Origin: Chitinophagales bacterium
GTDB lineage: Bacteria > Bacteroidota > Bacteroidia > Chitinophagales > Saprospiraceae
NCBI GenBank assembly: GCA_038246735.1
Contig: JBBRVQ010000015.1
Span: 9,200-73,199, forward strand
Reading direction: 5' to 3'
DNA length: 64,000 nt
Each line of letters starts with the position of its first letter. Within the stretch, counting starts at the first letter, position 1. A program made the translations under genes and the position numbers. Below, in pieces: positions 26,225-35,847 of the stretch. The notes below the pieces were generated by a model. The model made no database searches. It saw only the letters and a list, made by a program, of their open reading frames with translations, and had not been told where the DNA came from.

Positions 26225-26602
26225 ATGAACATCAAGAACACAACTTCGGAACTTCTTTTTGGCTTGACAATATTTGTAGGCCTTATATCATTAGCTTTTA
26301 TGTTTTCACAAAAGGGAACACAACTTCTGATTGAAACGTCATTCAGGTATTTCGTCTAGTTCGGTGAAGCTATTGTTTTGTTTCTACTGGCTCTGACAAA
26401 ACAAAACCTAAGTAAAAAACAAATGATTGCTTTGGCGACACTTTGTCTACTTGTGCCATTTACCTTTACTTTCAACGAAAATGGTGTTACCTTCCTTATT
26501 TTAGACAAATACATAAGTTCTATTCTTTCATGGTTAATGGCAAGTGTATTGTTTAGTAAGTTAATTTCTAATTCAAATATTATCGAAAAGTCCAGTCATT
26601 AA
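26225..26602 (+). pseudogene. small multi-pass membrane protein interrupted by an in-frame TAG (26357-26359)
   Basis: The ATG 26225 frame reads MNIKNTTSELLFGLTIFVGLISLAFMFSQKGTQLLIETSFRYFV*FGEAIVLFLLALTKQ... It runs straight into ORF-track ORF 26378-26602, which has only a TTG start. Confidence 0.5.
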
Positions 26603-26610
26603 AAAATACT

Positions 26611-27048
26611 ATGACAGCAAAACACAATCAAAAATTATTCATTGCATTGAGTATCTTCTTTGCATTGTGTTTAATAGGATTTTCATTTACTGGGACTACC
26701 TATTTATGGTTTTGGCAGAAATATCCCATTATCCCTATCCTGTTGCTTCTATTTGTATTTTTTGTTCTTCAGTTTTGGTTAAAACTTGAAATCGAAAGAC
26801 AACGACAACACATTCATTCGGAATATACACAAAGTATTAAAGCAAAAGAACAGACAAATATTAGACACCTACTTTAACAAAGAGAAATTGAAGTATTAGA
26901 TTTGATAAATAGTGGATTAAGCAACAAGGAAATATCAAATAAATTATTCATCTCCTTATCAACCGTCAAAACACACATTAACAACATTTACAAAATTTTA
27001 GAAGTAAAAACCAGACGCGAAGTTATTGAAAAATTGAATGGTGATTAG
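26611..27048 (+). pseudogene. membrane-anchored LuxR-family HTH regulator interrupted by an in-frame TAA (26875-26877)
   Basis: The TM-rich N-part (ORF 26611-26877) ends ...NIRHLL*. The same frame continues QREIEVLDLINSGLSNKEISNKLFISLSTVKTHINNIYKILEVKTRREVIEKLNGD*, a canonical LuxR/GerE HTH with no start codon of its own. Confidence 0.65.
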
Positions 27049-27263
27049 TAAGCAAATGATGATATCGACCCATATTAACCTTAAATTACAACAATAAACC
27101 GATATATTTTAGACCCGTTTTTGGTATTCTAAAATAAAAGTGAATTAAATCGTCCTTAAATCACTCGCTTCTTGATATTTTTGTCAGAATTAGGCGGTTT
27201 TTGAACAAATTGCTGAAAAGCTCTATGCTAGAAGGTATAAAAAATCAAGAAAAGGAATAAAAA

Positions 27264-27609
27264 AATGATATTTGAACGAGTGATAAAATAGAGCATTACT
27301 AATCCGGGAAAATTACTCCTGATAGATGGATTGGGGGCAGTGGTATCAGCTTTGTTTCTTGGAGTCGTTTTAGTTGAATTTGATGAAGTTTTTGGAATTC
27401 CTAAACCAACGCTATACTTTCTTGCATTATTTCCTTGCCTGTTTGCTGTTTATGATTTTTATTGTTACAATGCTGAAAGCACTAATTTCGGGATTGCTTT
27501 GAAGGGAATTGCTGTTATGAACACAGCATATTGTTTTTTATCGGTTGGATTAGCAACATATCATTTCCGGAAAATATCATATTTCGGATGGGGCTACCTT
27601 GCACTCTAA
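27264..27609 (+). pseudogene. small membrane protein, probable frameshift in the A4 run at 27284-27287 (alternatively a TTG-started CDS 27331-27609)
   Basis: ATG 27264 gives MIFERVIK then a stop. The next frame reads NRALLNPGKLLLIDGLGAVVSALFLG... into ORF 27331-27609. One extra A would fuse them. Confidence 0.35.
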
Positions 27610-27742
27610 ATTTTAATTTTAATTCCACTTGCAAACCTTGAACATAAAATTGGTAAACGTTTGATTTTTAAAAGAGATAATTTGACTTTGGGCCGATAAA
27701 AGAATTTATGAACCTGTCTGTGAAAATTTCAGATATAGAATA

Positions 27743-30013
27743 TCAAAAAGGATATCCAATGGCAAGATTTATCACCATAGATTTGTCCGGGGGTGTAGTT
27801 GCATAGGGCACCTTTAGTGGAAAAGCAAAGTCAAATCGGAGCATCAGTATTGTAAAATTAAAACGTATGCCAAATCCGGCATCTACAGCCAGTTCTTTTA
27901 AAAAATGGGACGTAAACTGGGCTCCCGGTCTTTTGGTATCTTCATTGACCAACCAGACATTGCCCGCATCTGCAAACAATGCACCTTCGACAATGCCAAA
28001 AAGTTTTCTGCGATATTCAACATTCATTTCCAGCTTGATGTCCCCCGACTGATCAGGTAGAAACAATGCAGCATTATTGCCGGCATTAGGTGATCTGTAA
28101 CTACCGGGACCTATGGTGCGGCTCCTGAAACCACGTAAACTGTTATTTCCACCTGCAAAAAACTGTTTTACAAATGGCAGTTCTTTGTTGTTTCCGTAAG
28201 GATATCCCGCACCTACAATCAAACGCGACGCCCACTGACCTCGTGATGATAGCTGATGATAATATCTTACATCAATTTCAGTTTTTAAAAATTGGGCAAA
28301 TCTGGTTCCAAAGAGACTTTTGGTGTCGTTGGATTTCCAGTCGGCACCACTTAATAACCCGTATATGTTGCCGGCTATATCTACCAAACCATTAAAATAC
28401 AATCCGGTTTGTTTAGTGTTGCCCGCCAGTTGATTATAATTGTAATTGTACGTTGACCCTAAAATAAATTGCTGTTCTGTAATCCTTGCCAACGAGGGTA
28501 TATTCACTATGCTGTCCAGATAGAGTTGGCTTATGCTGAGTGGTTTAACATAATTTACTGCAACCGGAAACAATTGATGTTCGCTTTTTATGCTTTCCTT
28601 CCATAGATAACCGAAATTGCTACGAATACTTCTTAAAGTATAGAGCAATTGTCTGTTTAATTGTTCATACCCAACCAGTAAGTTGGTCCTTGGTACAAAT
28701 TCGCCTCTTGTTTTGATCTTCACCAGTGGGACTACAAATCTAGGAACACTTAGACTAATGTCACCTCCGATTCTGTATGTGGCGGTTTTTGAAAAATTAC
28801 CGTTGATTTGCAATTCAGCTCCAGCAAAAAGATTGATACTCAACTGTTCAGCACTTCCAAATGTATTGCGGTGTTTCCATCCCAATGTGATCTGTGATCC
28901 GACAAGATTATTGGTTTTGGAAGTACCGGTGAGTTCTGCACGAATGGTTTTTTTGGGTAGTGGTGTCAGATAATAATATGTATTTAACTTGGTCTCTCCA
29001 TCATCGGACATTAAGGCAAACCTGTTCTTTACAAATTTAAAATTGCCAAGATTGATCAAACGGCTGAGCGTGGCGTTGTGGTCCTTCCGGCTATAATAAT
29101 CACCTGTCTTAAACTGCATGCTCGATTCAAAAACTATGGGTTTAAACAAGCCTGCGGAGTCAATGACATAATAGCCCTGGTATTTTACAGCATACATCAT
29201 GGAGGTGTCTTCTTTGGCTTCGGATAGGTGATAGTCAGAATAAATAAACACATCATTAATTTTGTAGGCCTGTGTAGCTTCTGAGGGCGTTTCTTTTTTA
29301 ATTTTCATATACATATCGGCACTGTTATTTCCGATGGTGCTGTCTGCCTCAATCAACAAATAATCGTCATGAAAATAATAATATCCTTGCTCTTTAAGTA
29401 TGGTATTGATCCTAATACGCTCTCCCAAAATCAGATCTAGATTAAATGGTGCTCCTGCATGAAGAAGCGTCCCGGACATGGTTTGACGGATGGCATCACC
29501 TAAAGCAGTAGAATCCGTAGGAAAAACCATATTCCTGATTTTGTACTCAGGTCCTGTCTTTACTTCGTATCTGACTTTTGCTTTTTTGTTGGCCACCGTT
29601 GTTTCGCTGGCAACAAATACTTGAAAAAAACCACGATTTTCAAGATAATTGTCCACCAATTCTTCGGTATTTTTCACATTGACATGGCTAAACAACACCG
29701 GTTTTTCCCCAAATTTACGACGTATCCAACCTCCAATGCCTTTCTCACTACCCAAATTATACATCCAAAGTTTGATAGGCATACCAAGTATTTTTGAATT
29801 TGGTTTTGGTTTTATAAGCTGTTTTATGTTGCGGGTGAGGGTTTTTTTATGTTTGGAAGATACTTCCGATTGAGATATTTCTACGGTAGAGCCTTTGTAT
29901 AAAGCATCATTTTCCGGAATGTTTTTAGTAGTGCTGCAACCGTTTAGAAGCAATGTTAACAAGGCAAACCCTATGAATATTTTTGAAGGAATCACTACAA
30001 TTTTGTAAAACAT
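27743..30013 (-). CDS. Omp85-family outer membrane protein, TamL-type (lipoprotein TamA/BamA homolog)
   Basis: Start chosen at MFYKIVVIPSKIFIGFALLTLLLNGCSTT (lipobox) rather than the ORF-track start at 30223, which overlaps tamB. The C-terminal Omp85 beta-barrel ends ...NLAIGYPF. It lies immediately downstream of tamB. Confidence 0.75.
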   Translation of the reverse strand: MFYKIVVIPSKIFIGFALLTLLLNGCSTTKNIPENDALYKGSTVEISQSEVSSKHKKTLTRNIKQLIKPKPNSKILGMPIKLWMYNLGSEKGIGGWIRRKFGEKPVLFSHVNVKNTEELVDNYLENRGFFQVFVASETTVANKKAKVRYEVKTGPEYKIRNMVFPTDSTALGDAIRQTMSGTLLHAGAPFNLDLILGERIRINTILKEQGYYYFHDDYLLIEADSTIGNNSADMYMKIKKETPSEATQAYKINDVFIYSDYHLSEAKEDTSMMYAVKYQGYYVIDSAGLFKPIVFESSMQFKTGDYYSRKDHNATLSRLINLGNFKFVKNRFALMSDDGETKLNTYYYLTPLPKKTIRAELTGTSKTNNLVGSQITLGWKHRNTFGSAEQLSINLFAGAELQINGNFSKTATYRIGGDISLSVPRFVVPLVKIKTRGEFVPRTNLLVGYEQLNRQLLYTLRSIRSNFGYLWKESIKSEHQLFPVAVNYVKPLSISQLYLDSIVNIPSLARITEQQFILGSTYNYNYNQLAGNTKQTGLYFNGLVDIAGNIYGLLSGADWKSNDTKSLFGTRFAQFLKTEIDVRYYHQLSSRGQWASRLIVGAGYPYGNNKELPFVKQFFAGGNNSLRGFRSRTIGPGSYRSPNAGNNAALFLPDQSGDIKLEMNVEYRRKLFGIVEGALFADAGNVWLVNEDTKRPGAQFTSHFLKELAVDAGFGIRFNFTILMLRFDFAFPLKVPYATTPPDKSMVINLAIGYPF

Positions 30014-30158
30014 ACCTTTCTGAAAATAAACATGTAATATATATAGAAGTAGTTTTGAACTTCCCGCTTTAATACTGCTCCACCCAGATAAAAAAACAGA
30101 ACAAACCATCTTAAGTAGGAATAGTGAAAGATGAAACCATCTTGAATAATTACCGTCT

Positions 30159-33100
30159 TCAATGTTCATCATCATCTTTTTTTTCATTATACATGACGGG
30201 ACTTTGTTTATTATTCGGCTCATTCATTGGCGGCGCATCAGGTTTTTTTACGGGCAAAGCTGATGATTTGATTTCCTTTTCGAAACTATTGTTTGACTTT
30301 CTTCGTTCGAAAATCTCCCTGAACCTGTCATAATCTACCGACATGACAAAACCAAGACCAGTCTCTATGATGTAACCTTCCACTATACCTTCGAATTTAT
30401 TGAGTCGGTACGCCCTCAGCAAGTATCTGCCATCTTTTGAGAGGAGATATTCAATATTCACATTGGGCGAATTAATGGCGCCAAGATTTCCCGAAGAATT
30501 ATTTTGCTGACCACCTTCCAAAGCGATATTGGTGCCTATGGTTACATTTAGTCTCTCATTAAATAATCTTTTCGATACACCGACAGACAAATCGGTTTTA
30601 TTTTGCATGGTTCCGGTTGTGTAATCTTCTGATGAAATAATATCAAAATTAATGTCAACGCCGGATATCAAATCTTCAGCCAGTTTATTAAGTTGTGATG
30701 TCAGTATTTTACTCACACTTTGTCTGGCCATAGATTCAGCATTGATGCCTCCGCCCGCACTTTCAAAAGGATTCTGTGAGGTAAAACGATTCAGTATCAG
30801 CAAAGAAAAGACTTGTTTGTTCAGTTCTGACGGCTCCGCGTTCAGTTGCTGCAATCGCATCTCTACTTGTCCTGCTATCTCGCTGCCTATCCTGATCAAA
30901 CTCTCTTTGGGTAATTTTATTTCAAAGGTGAGGATCGGCTGCAACAATGGTCCGCTCATGCTGAGATGTACCTCAAAAGGTAATTTTTGTCTGTACCTAA
31001 GATCCGTTTTGGCTTCCACGATCTGATCCTGCACCAGTTCTACCGCGGTAGTATTGGCTTTATATACTGCTGTGATATTCATGATTCCATCTGTAGGTTC
31101 TCCTGTCCAGGTGATTTTACTGCCTTTCTGTATAAGAAAGCGTCTCTCCAGCAAGTTGAAAGACATTTCATACGCTCCCTCGTCCAGTTCATAAGTGCCC
31201 GTCAGGGTTACTTTACCGCTTTTATCAATGCCGCCATTTAGTATGGCTTCACCTTTCAAGCTCAAATGATCATTATTACTTTCATCGATGACCAAGGTCA
31301 ATGCAGCTTTTTTATCTATTTCTATATTTACTGAAACATCCATGCCTAATACAGAAGTTTGGTTTAAACTATCCAAAACGCCATTAAATAGATCATCATT
31401 GACGGGAGCATCTTTGTCTACAAATATGACCACACCGTCTCTAGCCACCAGACCGGGTTCTTTTTGGGGCAAAACGATGGTAAACTCAGTGCCTTCATTT
31501 ATTTTTAATGTACCGTCGATCACAGGCGCTTTTTCAGTTCCTGAGACTTTCATATCTGTATCAAAAATGATCTTGCCGTAAAATGCCTGATTGTCAGCGC
31601 GGCTGCTGTTGAGCGCCTGAAAGTCAGTAGCTTTTAATCTCAAATCAAAAATGTAGTTGATATAGTTTTTTGTTAGCGCATTGCCATTGATGGTAAATCT
31701 GTTGTTACCGGCATCTTTTATCGTGAAATTGTTGAACCTTAGGCCTTTGTTGTCAATGGCCAAAATCTGTCCGTTATCTACTTTAAATACACTATTGACC
31801 TTAGTAATAAGCATACTTGTCTGAAAAAATTCAAGATTGCCATTAATGTCCGGTGAATCCAGATTACCACCTATATTTACTTTTCCGCTCAGATGACCTT
31901 TGCTGCTGCGTATATTGCCCAAACTTGCCCCTTCCAGACTTCTCATTTGCAGGGACTTTATATCCAGGACAAGATCCATACTACTTTTGCCAACAGGCTT
32001 CAGATAGTAATTTCCAACCAAAGAAACATCATTGCCACGACCGGTAAGTGCTACATTTGTGGCAAAAACATTCGCTTTTGTATTGTCAATGGTAGCATGA
32101 ACATCTCCTATGGTATCCCTATTGACCATTAAATTTTTTATCGAAAGATCGGTAGTAAAATTGGGTTGGGTGGCAATGTCTCTAAGTAGAATTGTTCCGT
32201 CAAGGGTGCCATCTGCCAATAATGAATCCGTCTGAAAAAAGCCTGTCAAAGTAGCCAACTTAAAATCTTTAAATATCACTTCTACAGGACTATTCGGTCC
32301 TGATACCGTATTTTGGATGATGAGATGCTGTTGGTCTTTGCTCAGATCAAAATTATTTGTCTGCACCATTGCTGAATTGAATCGTATCAGGTTTTCAGGA
32401 TGAATGGCCCAAACATCGTAATTCAGTAAAAAACTATCTTGATGGATCGCGAATGAAAAAACATTGTCTTTACCTTTCTCAAACCCACCATGAATAATGT
32501 ATTTATCCAGTTTCTCTTTGTCGCCAATACGAAGACCAAAGTCAATTTTCTGATTGGCAATATCCGCATTTATTCGTGTACCGGTCATGGTGATATTATC
32601 TCCACTGGTTATTTTTCCGATGTCAGCAATTACGGTTAATACTTCATCTTTTGTATCTGCATTAACATTCATTGCGGTAATAATGTTAGTTCCATAGGCG
32701 AGATAAGGAACTTTAAGTTCAGATTTCCACCCTTTCTGATCAGAAAATGTACCATTCAGGGTGATGCGCTCCATTCTGTTTATTTCGGGTATAAATGCCC
32801 TCAAAGTAGGATGATCTCTAATATCTGCAGCTATAGTAAAATCGTAAGTGTCTGTGATATTTGATATAGTATCAGGTCTTAAGGCGTAATATGGCAACAT
32901 GGCATTCAAAAAAATATTGCCAAGTTGAGTTGCTTTATACTTGCCGGAGATGGAAGCCTGAGCGAAATCTGAATATAGTTGTATTTTTTGAATATTTTTT
33001 TCATAAGTGGCGATCAATGATATTGAATCCAATTGTATTCTATTATTTTTGGCCAAGAGCAGAGATTGGGTAATATATACATTGCCCACCAAGGTATCGG

Positions 33101-35336
33101 GATCAAATGCGGGTATATAGCTTTCTATCTTACCTCGGTAAACCAAAGGTATCGTGGTAAAATGTAAGGGTAAGGTTTTGATACTATCTACATTGGCACG
33201 AAATATAATGCAAGGCTTTTGGGCTAAAAGATCACCTTCAGCTTCAAAAGTGAGATGTATATTGGGATCAATGATGCCTCCATTGGTCATGAATGCCATA
33301 TGGTCCAATTGCGCATCTAAATTTATATTTTTGTAAACGTATCCTCCATAATCAAAACGATTTATCAGGCCATCTATATTTGCCTTAGCTGTTTTCGGAT
33401 CAAAAGAAGTGCCTTTAATGGTAAATTCTGCCGTAATTGCACCTAAGTTATCCGGTTGCCGAATCAGTTTTCCTACCTGCAAGCCATCCAACGAAAAGAA
33501 AACATCATATGCCGACTTGGAAGGTTTCCTAATATCACTGAAAGTACCCTTTGCTGTAGCATTTCCTAAAGATGTTTTCAATGTCAAATCAGAAAATAAA
33601 CGGGTCATATTTCCTTTTACGATGCCTTTTATGGACATTTTATCAGGTATAGCAATATTTTTAGGTAAACTTCCTATTGGTAACAATAAATGAATATCAA
33701 CAGCCGTAGTACTTAAACTGCGAATATCGATGTCCATACCCACTAGGTCTATGTCAGTGACATTGGTCAAAGTACCGGAAAAATCTGCCAGGGTATGACC
33801 AAAACCCGTAAGCTGCATACTCGGGAAATGGAGCTTTCTGAGTGTTCCATTCATACGGCCATGTACGTTATAGATGTCATCTTGATCAGTAAAACCAGGC
33901 TTTCCCGCAAGGAAAGGGGCAAAATAGAGGATATCCTTGACCTGAATTTTGCTTTGGTCCATTATGATATCCATTTCAATCAACCGCTTATCACTTGCGA
34001 TGGCATTCAGGGACGGATATCGTACTACAGCACTTCGCTTCAACTCGCTCCCCGGTGTTTTCATCAACAGTTTGCTGGCTCGGATGCCTTTGTCGGTAAA
34101 CTGAAAATCTGTGTACAAACTATTCAATACAAAACCACTTTTATCGACCATGCTTCCACGAGTAATCAAGGCAGCAATTGTATCCTTGTGGATAAAAAAA
34201 CGATCCGCTTCCAAATTAAGTTGCGTTAAATCAAGATGTCCGTAATCCATTCCCGGACTGATAGCAGCTTTGGTATTGTCATCAAATAACAATTGACTGT
34301 TGTGCAACTTCATAGCATCCACAGTTACTTCCCAAGGTAGATATTCACTGATGATTTCGCGACCATCGCTGTTGGTCAGTTTTATCAGGTCAGAAGTATT
34401 TTTGCTTTGGATAGCAACCTTTGTGTTAACATCTGCCATTTCAATTTTTTTGAAAGCCATTAGATTGGAAGCGATATCCAGATTTTTGGGGAATATGTCC
34501 AATGATAATCCATTGAATGATGTCTTTAACGCTGATATTTCGTTGCTGTAATAAAATTCAAAGTTACGAATGCTGGTCTGCTGATTAGCAAACTTCAGAA
34601 AAACGGTCTTAGGATTGAGAGTCACAGGATCGGCACTTTTGGTAGTGGTTACTATTTCCAATGGTGAAGTCTGATTTACATATCCATTGATGCCGTCTAT
34701 TTTAATGATTGGTACGTCAAAGTTTAATGTGCCAGGATCAAAAGTATCTATGTTGGTATCAAAATGACCAACATACACTACTGCCTCATTTCCCTTTAGT
34801 TCGTCATTATATGTAAAATGAGTTGCATCTAGCAAAATGTGCTCTATGGCCATTTTCATAGGTGCCTTTTCTTTTACCGATGGTGTTTTTGAAGAAAAAG
34901 CATCCATAATAATCTGGTAATTGAATACTGTATCTGGAAGTTGTCGGTTAATTTTAACAATAAGCCCAGTCGCTTTAACTTCACAAATCTGTAACTCGCT
35001 TTGCAGCAATTTTAATATACTTAATTCTACAGCCAAAGATTGGCCTGCCAACAATGTATCTTTGGTTTTATCTTCGACGTATATTCCTTCCAGTAAAATC
35101 AGCGATGGGAATGAAATGCTCAGATTTTGAATAGCTACTTTTGTTTCCAGCTTTTTCTCAAGGTAAGAAACGATTTCTTTTCGAGCATAATTTTGGAACG
35201 ATTTGTTCTGAATGAGTAGAAAAACGGCGATGCCAAGAAAAATGATGATTGTCACCAATATCCTTGTAACCCTGAAAATTTTCTTAGGCAATGATTTTTG
35301 TTTTACTTCTGTAGCATTTTCTTCTCCCATACACAT
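30159..35336 (-). CDS. tamB: translocation and assembly module protein TamB (DUF490/AsmA-like)
   Basis: 1725 aa with an N-terminal TM anchor (ILVTIIIFLGIAVFLLI), a long beta-rich body and a DUF490-like C-terminus. Paired with an Omp85 gene. Confidence 0.75.
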   Translation of the reverse strand: MCMGEENATEVKQKSLPKKIFRVTRILVTIIIFLGIAVFLLIQNKSFQNYARKEIVSYLEKKLETKVAIQNLSISFPSLILLEGIYVEDKTKDTLLAGQSLAVELSILKLLQSELQICEVKATGLIVKINRQLPDTVFNYQIIMDAFSSKTPSVKEKAPMKMAIEHILLDATHFTYNDELKGNEAVVYVGHFDTNIDTFDPGTLNFDVPIIKIDGINGYVNQTSPLEIVTTTKSADPVTLNPKTVFLKFANQQTSIRNFEFYYSNEISALKTSFNGLSLDIFPKNLDIASNLMAFKKIEMADVNTKVAIQSKNTSDLIKLTNSDGREIISEYLPWEVTVDAMKLHNSQLLFDDNTKAAISPGMDYGHLDLTQLNLEADRFFIHKDTIAALITRGSMVDKSGFVLNSLYTDFQFTDKGIRASKLLMKTPGSELKRSAVVRYPSLNAIASDKRLIEMDIIMDQSKIQVKDILYFAPFLAGKPGFTDQDDIYNVHGRMNGTLRKLHFPSMQLTGFGHTLADFSGTLTNVTDIDLVGMDIDIRSLSTTAVDIHLLLPIGSLPKNIAIPDKMSIKGIVKGNMTRLFSDLTLKTSLGNATAKGTFSDIRKPSKSAYDVFFSLDGLQVGKLIRQPDNLGAITAEFTIKGTSFDPKTAKANIDGLINRFDYGGYVYKNINLDAQLDHMAFMTNGGIIDPNIHLTFEAEGDLLAQKPCIIFRANVDSIKTLPLHFTTIPLVYRGKIESYIPAFDPDTLVGNVYITQSLLLAKNNRIQLDSISLIATYEKNIQKIQLYSDFAQASISGKYKATQLGNIFLNAMLPYYALRPDTISNITDTYDFTIAADIRDHPTLRAFIPEINRMERITLNGTFSDQKGWKSELKVPYLAYGTNIITAMNVNADTKDEVLTVIADIGKITSGDNITMTGTRINADIANQKIDFGLRIGDKEKLDKYIIHGGFEKGKDNVFSFAIHQDSFLLNYDVWAIHPENLIRFNSAMVQTNNFDLSKDQQHLIIQNTVSGPNSPVEVIFKDFKLATLTGFFQTDSLLADGTLDGTILLRDIATQPNFTTDLSIKNLMVNRDTIGDVHATIDNTKANVFATNVALTGRGNDVSLVGNYYLKPVGKSSMDLVLDIKSLQMRSLEGASLGNIRSSKGHLSGKVNIGGNLDSPDINGNLEFFQTSMLITKVNSVFKVDNGQILAIDNKGLRFNNFTIKDAGNNRFTINGNALTKNYINYIFDLRLKATDFQALNSSRADNQAFYGKIIFDTDMKVSGTEKAPVIDGTLKINEGTEFTIVLPQKEPGLVARDGVVIFVDKDAPVNDDLFNGVLDSLNQTSVLGMDVSVNIEIDKKAALTLVIDESNNDHLSLKGEAILNGGIDKSGKVTLTGTYELDEGAYEMSFNLLERRFLIQKGSKITWTGEPTDGIMNITAVYKANTTAVELVQDQIVEAKTDLRYRQKLPFEVHLSMSGPLLQPILTFEIKLPKESLIRIGSEIAGQVEMRLQQLNAEPSELNKQVFSLLILNRFTSQNPFESAGGGINAESMARQSVSKILTSQLNKLAEDLISGVDINFDIISSEDYTTGTMQNKTDLSVGVSKRLFNERLNVTIGTNIALEGGQQNNSSGNLGAINSPNVNIEYLLSKDGRYLLRAYRLNKFEGIVEGYIIETGLGFVMSVDYDRFREIFERRKSNNSFEKEIKSSALPVKKPDAPPMNEPNNKQSPVMYNEKKDDDEH

Positions 35337-35812
35337 ATATTGATTATTACACTACAGTAGATAAATTCATTTTAAATCAAGACTTTAAGTATCAACACGA
35401 AATAATTTAGACATCATATAACAAAAGTCAAAAACCCCTATTGTATCCCTTAAGGTGATTAAGTTAGCAACGAAGTATTTTTAAAATTGGTTCCATTAGA
35501 AGCGTACAAAGGTAATTATAGATTAATTGACTTATCATAACGCTTGCTTTTTATGTTTTGAAAATGAACTTAAAGCTTTTTTATTTACTCGATCCAGAAT
35601 GGAAGCTTCTACAGTCATTAATATGAAAATAAATGAATGATTTATTTATTGCTTCATTTTTAATGGATGGATAAGAAAATTGGATTGGCTTAGTCAAATA
35701 GCCAAAATATTAGAATTATAAAACTGTGTCAACTTATTTTAAATTTTGTTGTTTACCATTAATTACATCAAATAGCCATTTTAAATTTACCAAAACCTAT
35801 GGTAATTTCAAA

Positions 35813-35820
35813 TAAATTTG
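35813..35820 (+). promoter_or_regulatory. candidate -7 box TAAATTTG for the MFS gene
   Basis: TAnnTTTG match overlapping the ORF-track start (35818) and 28 nt upstream of TTG 35848. Confidence 0.3.
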
Positions 35821-35847
35821 GTTATACACATTCAAAAAATTATTTTC

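Noticed and set aside
30014-30223. 70-codon N-terminal extension of the Omp85 ORF that overlaps the tamB 3' end
   Set aside because: The extension lacks signal-peptide character, whereas Met at 30013 starts a canonical lipoprotein signal peptide. The overlap with tamB disappears with the shorter start.
30652-35130. Plus-strand ORFs inside tamB (e.g. 30652-31026, 33795-34229)
   Set aside because: They are shadow ORFs opposite a 1725-codon gene. They have no motifs and no promoter or start context.
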